From sequence record SRR22947725_3046: 49,623 nt of DNA. The stretch is one strand, 5' to 3'. The notes beneath the pieces are model-generated. The model was not told the DNA's origin, ran no database searches, and saw only the letters and a program-made list of their open reading frames with translations. Every line of letters begins with the position of its first letter. Positions within the stretch are counted from its first letter, which is position 1. Shown here piece after piece: positions 46,414 through 49,623 of this stretch. Position numbers and translations under genes: made by a program.

Positions 46414-47037
46414 ATGATCGAACTCGACAACAAAATTCTACTGGCCATCCCTGGCTTCGATGTAGAGCTTGTCAGAAAGTACAATGCCTATGTTCGCAAG
46501 CGTACTCGTCAAGTAGCTACTGGTCGCGTCTCTTATCGTAAGGATGGGTCTCAGAATAAGTGCTACCGAGCAGAGTGGAACTTCAATGCTCGTAACGGTT
46601 ACGGGATCCAGTTTAAGGACATTAAACAAGCTCAGAAGTACTGTGAGCGTATCCAGAAGTCTAAGACGTATCGAGACCTCAATGGTACGTACACATACGT
46701 TGTAGCTAAGAAGGACATGGGTAGCCGCTCAAGGTTTACTGGTATGGCCTACAACAATGGAAAGATCACGTTGTGTCCTCGTGGCGGTATGAATCAGTAT
46801 ACTCTGCTTCACGAGATGGCGCACCAGTGTGGTGCACGTCACCATGATGTTAAGTTCAGACAGATACTTGTCAAGCTGGTGTCTCGGTTCATGGGGCGTG
46901 ACATGGCGAAGAAGCTCAAGCAAGAGTTTCGTAATGTTGGTTTGAAGATGAGTCAGACTACAACTATCAAGAGTCCTCAAAAGTGGTTAGAGGATTACTA
47001 TAGAATGCAGTCGCTTAGAGAGCTAAGAGCATGTTAG
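46414..47037 (+). CDS. SprT-like zinc metalloprotein
   Basis: TLLHEMAHQ (HExxH) followed by HH..F. Confidence 0.7.
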   Translation: MIELDNKILLAIPGFDVELVRKYNAYVRKRTRQVATGRVSYRKDGSQNKCYRAEWNFNARNGYGIQFKDIKQAQKYCERIQKSKTYRDLNGTYTYVVAKKDMGSRSRFTGMAYNNGKITLCPRGGMNQYTLLHEMAHQCGARHHDVKFRQILVKLVSRFMGRDMAKKLKQEFRNVGLKMSQTTTIKSPQKWLEDYYRMQSLRELRAC

Positions 47038-47201
47038 AGATTATTGGTATACTTGCTCTGATCTACTTAGCAGTAAAGTTTCTACCAGACTTTATAATGT
47101 TCGTAATTAAGTTCTTTGTAACATTGTTCATTTTAGGTATACTACTGTTCTTGTTTAGCGAGTCAATTTTTTTACACATACATACTATAGGAGGTATGTA
47201 A
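47031..47201 (+). CDS. small two-TM membrane protein
   Basis: MLEIIGILALIYLAVKFLPDFIMFVIKFFVTLFILG...; not in the ORF track. Confidence 0.5.
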   Translation: MLEIIGILALIYLAVKFLPDFIMFVIKFFVTLFILGILLFLFSESIFLHIHTIGGM

Positions 47202-47202
47202 C

Positions 47203-47544
47203 ATGAAGAAAGTAATTTTATTTGTTGCTATGATTGCTTTGATGATCTATTCCACTACTTCTAGTGCTCTTGGTGAGCGTGAGAAGGGTGTACTGATTGG
47301 GATTGGTACGTCAATCGTATACGATCGAGTGTTCCGTAATGGTGGCCTCGGCTATCCAGGCAGCTATCCTGGTACATATGGTAACAACGGAGCGTTTCCT
47401 CAGTTTAGATGCTCGCATCCTAACCCTCAGTCGGTTCAGTGCTCTTATGAGCGTGGCGTATATGAGCGAGAACGTCAGATCTGGCAGGAAGAAAAGAATG
47501 CTGCGTACCGTTGTGGCCGCTATGGTGAGTGTGACAACCAGTAA
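47203..47544 (+). CDS. secreted hypothetical protein
   Basis: GGAGG RBS, signal peptide, Cys pairs. Confidence 0.65.
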   Translation: MKKVILFVAMIALMIYSTTSSALGEREKGVLIGIGTSIVYDRVFRNGGLGYPGSYPGTYGNNGAFPQFRCSHPNPQSVQCSYERGVYERERQIWQEEKNAAYRCGRYGECDNQ

Positions 47545-47548
47545 GTGA

Positions 47549-48028
47549 ATGGACGTACTCGAGAACATAGTCTACCCAGACAGTGAGTTACTGATACAAC
47601 GTATCGATCAATACGGATCCAGAGATCAGTCTAAAACTAATGTAATGTTAGGTACGACAAAGGCTCGAGTATATTCACCCCACAAGCACAACAACGATCA
47701 CTACGACGATTACAAACGCTGGCTCAACAGCAGACCGTTTGTAAAACCATACGGTATAGTTGTAGATGATTCGCATCTGTGGGGCATGTCATATTCACCT
47801 GATCAATATACAGAGTCTCACAATCATCCTAAGTTTGAAGTTTCTGGCATTCATTTCCTATGTGCCGATCGTGGTTGCGGTAAGCTGTTTATCGGCAACC
47901 ATGAAATAGAACCAAATACAAACATGGTTGTCATGTTTCCAGGATCAGCTCAGCACTGGGTTGATAAGGCTACAAATCCTAAATCAAAAAGAGTGTGTAT
48001 GGTGTTTAACATAAGCCAACGATTATAG
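47549..48028 (+). CDS. 2OG-Fe(II) oxygenase/cupin-like protein
   Basis: W...Y......HNHP....S, FP....H.V......R....FN. Confidence 0.65.
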   Translation: MDVLENIVYPDSELLIQRIDQYGSRDQSKTNVMLGTTKARVYSPHKHNNDHYDDYKRWLNSRPFVKPYGIVVDDSHLWGMSYSPDQYTESHNHPKFEVSGIHFLCADRGCGKLFIGNHEIEPNTNMVVMFPGSAQHWVDKATNPKSKRVCMVFNISQRL

Positions 48029-48035
48029 TTGTGTT

Positions 48036-48043
48036 TATAAATA
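48036..48043 (+). promoter_or_regulatory. T4-type late promoter
   Basis: TATAAATA. Confidence 0.75.
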
Positions 48044-48068
48044 GCTGGGTCCCCCGGCTATTTTTTTT
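48041..48068 (+). terminator. terminator overlapping the late promoter
   Basis: ATAGCTGGG-TCC-CCCGGCTAT with a T-tract. Confidence 0.65.
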
Positions 48069-48077
48069 GGAACACTC

Positions 48078-49046
48078 ATGGCTACATTTAATCCTCTTAA
48101 GATCACAGATTTTAAAAAAGATCAAAATAGAGTACTGGCTTTTATTGACAAAGTAAAGAAAGGCGAAGTGTTTTCAACAGTATCAAAAGGCGAGGTAATC
48201 ATTCCTAAAGATCAACTAAATCTAGTTGAGTTCTTTATGACCGTCGACAACGGTTATCCTAAATCTGGTACCTCTACTCCTGTTAAGACTAACAAGGGTG
48301 AGTTAATTATTCCAAAAGACTTTCTCAAGACTGGAGAGTTTGGAGGTAGGGGAGCTGGTTCAGGTACATCAGCCGAAACCATGGCTATGAATTATTTCAA
48401 CGACGGTCTTAACAAAATCTTAACCAGTCAGAAAAGAAGTTACATTAATCTTCAAATTAATGGCCGTACAGTCAAATGCGCAGCAATGGTTAAGACCGAA
48501 GGAAAGTATCAAGGTAGAGAACCTAAGTCGGACATGACTATCGTTGATCACAAAGGTACTCCTGTTGCTTATATTTCACACAAAGCTGGTAGCAGTGCAA
48601 AAGACTATCAGCAGTATGGCGGCCTGTCTTATGCTCAGTATCAGAGCAACAAAGACATACAAGGTTTTATGGACACCGTAATTGAAACAACTGGCGGTGA
48701 GCTGTCGACAGGACAATCATATTATCGTCCTATCAAAGATAAGAAGTTGATTCGAGAAGCAATGTACGGGCCAGAATATTCTAGAGGCCTTCCAAGCATA
48801 TCTAACGTAGACGAATTCCACTTAGGTAATATGGACTTAAGAGGGTCTGGAAGAGCACCTTATAGGATAGAATCAGCTCACAAAGGTACTAATGGAGAAG
48901 TACCCGGCGGAGAATTCCAAGCAGTCTTTTTTGCAAGGTTTCAAGGGTCACGAGGTGACGCTCGTGCTGGCGGCAGAGTATTAAGGAAAGCAAGAGTAGG
49001 CATCTTTCCCTTAGCTAAAATATCAGGCACATCTGTAAAGATATGA
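48078..49046 (+). CDS. hypothetical protein, possible PD-(D/E)XK nuclease fold
   Basis: E...PKSD.....YISHK pattern; KT.EFGG motif; late promoter upstream. Confidence 0.55.
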   Translation: MATFNPLKITDFKKDQNRVLAFIDKVKKGEVFSTVSKGEVIIPKDQLNLVEFFMTVDNGYPKSGTSTPVKTNKGELIIPKDFLKTGEFGGRGAGSGTSAETMAMNYFNDGLNKILTSQKRSYINLQINGRTVKCAAMVKTEGKYQGREPKSDMTIVDHKGTPVAYISHKAGSSAKDYQQYGGLSYAQYQSNKDIQGFMDTVIETTGGELSTGQSYYRPIKDKKLIREAMYGPEYSRGLPSISNVDEFHLGNMDLRGSGRAPYRIESAHKGTNGEVPGGEFQAVFFARFQGSRGDARAGGRVLRKARVGIFPLAKISGTSVKI

Positions 49047-49623
49047 AAAAGTTTTCAGCAATATTAACAGAGTCTAAGAACACTCACATGGAGCACATTG
49101 AGGATATGATCTTCAATGAAGGCTCTGCTGGTGCTCGTAGAGCAATCAACTCTCTGAGAAATCTTCGAGACATGTTAGCGGGAAACAGTAGCCAAAAGGT
49201 TAATGCTACTGTAAAATGGGACGGCGCACCAGCTATCTTTGCTGGTATCGATCCTAGTGATGGGAAATTCTTTGTTGCTAAGAAGGGGATATTCAATGTC
49301 AATCCACAGCTCTTCAAAACCCAAGCAGACATCAACAGGGGGCTATCGGGTGAACTCCGAGACAAGTTTACTATCGCCCTTAGAGAGTTTCGCAAACTGG
49401 GCATTAAGAAAGGTGTCTATCAAGGCGACCTTCTCTTTACTAAAGGAGATGTCAAGGCGGATACCATATCTGACGAAAAGATGTTTACGTTCCATCCGAA
49501 TACGATTGTATATGCTGTGCCTGCTGCTTCTGGTCTCGGACAAAGAATTGCAAAAGCGTCTATTGGAATTGTCTGGCATACAAGTTATTCCGGACGAACC
49601 CTAAAAGACATGACAGCGTCGTT
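49043..49623 (+). CDS. conserved T4-like protein with KWDG motif (DUF6267-like), truncated by the window end
   Basis: MKKFSAILTESKNTHMEHIED...TVKWDGAPAIFAG.DP..GKFFV..K, YQGD.LF, FHPNTIVY; not in the ORF track because there is no stop. Confidence 0.75.
   Translation, partial: MKKFSAILTESKNTHMEHIEDMIFNEGSAGARRAINSLRNLRDMLAGNSSQKVNATVKWDGAPAIFAGIDPSDGKFFVAKKGIFNVNPQLFKTQADINRGLSGELRDKFTIALREFRKLGIKKGVYQGDLLFTKGDVKADTISDEKMFTFHPNTIVYAVPAASGLGQRIAKASIGIVWHTSYSGRTLKDMTAS

Noticed and set aside
49239-49604. Track ORF 49239..49604 (+)
   Set aside because: Out of frame with the real 49043 gene, which runs off the window end
1-49623. tRNA, rRNA, CRISPR array, integrase or transposase
   Set aside because: None recognised by eye; the intergenic gaps are short and explained by promoters and terminators (no covariance search was run)

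Overview
A 49.6-kb segment of a T4-like (myovirus) bacteriophage genome, almost entirely on the + strand. The host is probably a marine or aquatic heterotrophic proteobacterium (inference; there are no photosynthesis genes in the window). Order: (1) 1-6.6 kb, variable virion-fibre island with a tandem family of Gly-rich paralogues, an unannotated 32-aa mini-paralogue and a LamG-type fibre; (2) head genes gp21-gp22-gp23, then gp3, uvsY, uvsW, gp55, dCMP deaminase, gp47, gp46 and peptide deformylase; (3) a 7-deazaguanine DNA-modification cluster (queE, queD, a purine PRTase, folE, a DpdL-like T-fold protein and a DpdA/TGT-like transglycosylase; no queC in the window); (4) replication core gp45-gp44-gp62-regA, hsp20 with a ROSE-like leader, gp43, uvsX, gp41; (5) an auxiliary metabolic island with ADP-heptose enzymes, a cupin, isocitrate lyase, alternative oxidase, a sulfotransferase and an FkbM methyltransferase; (6) an early-gene region with sigma70 promoters, then late genes. 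Most notable: a predicted 7-deazaguanine (dDG/dCDG) base-exchange system with a candidate guanine-salvage enzyme, the ICL + AOX pair, a possible TonB-box-mimic secreted peptide, and an 11-mer-repeat lipoprotein. All calls come from motif recognition by eye; no database searches were run.
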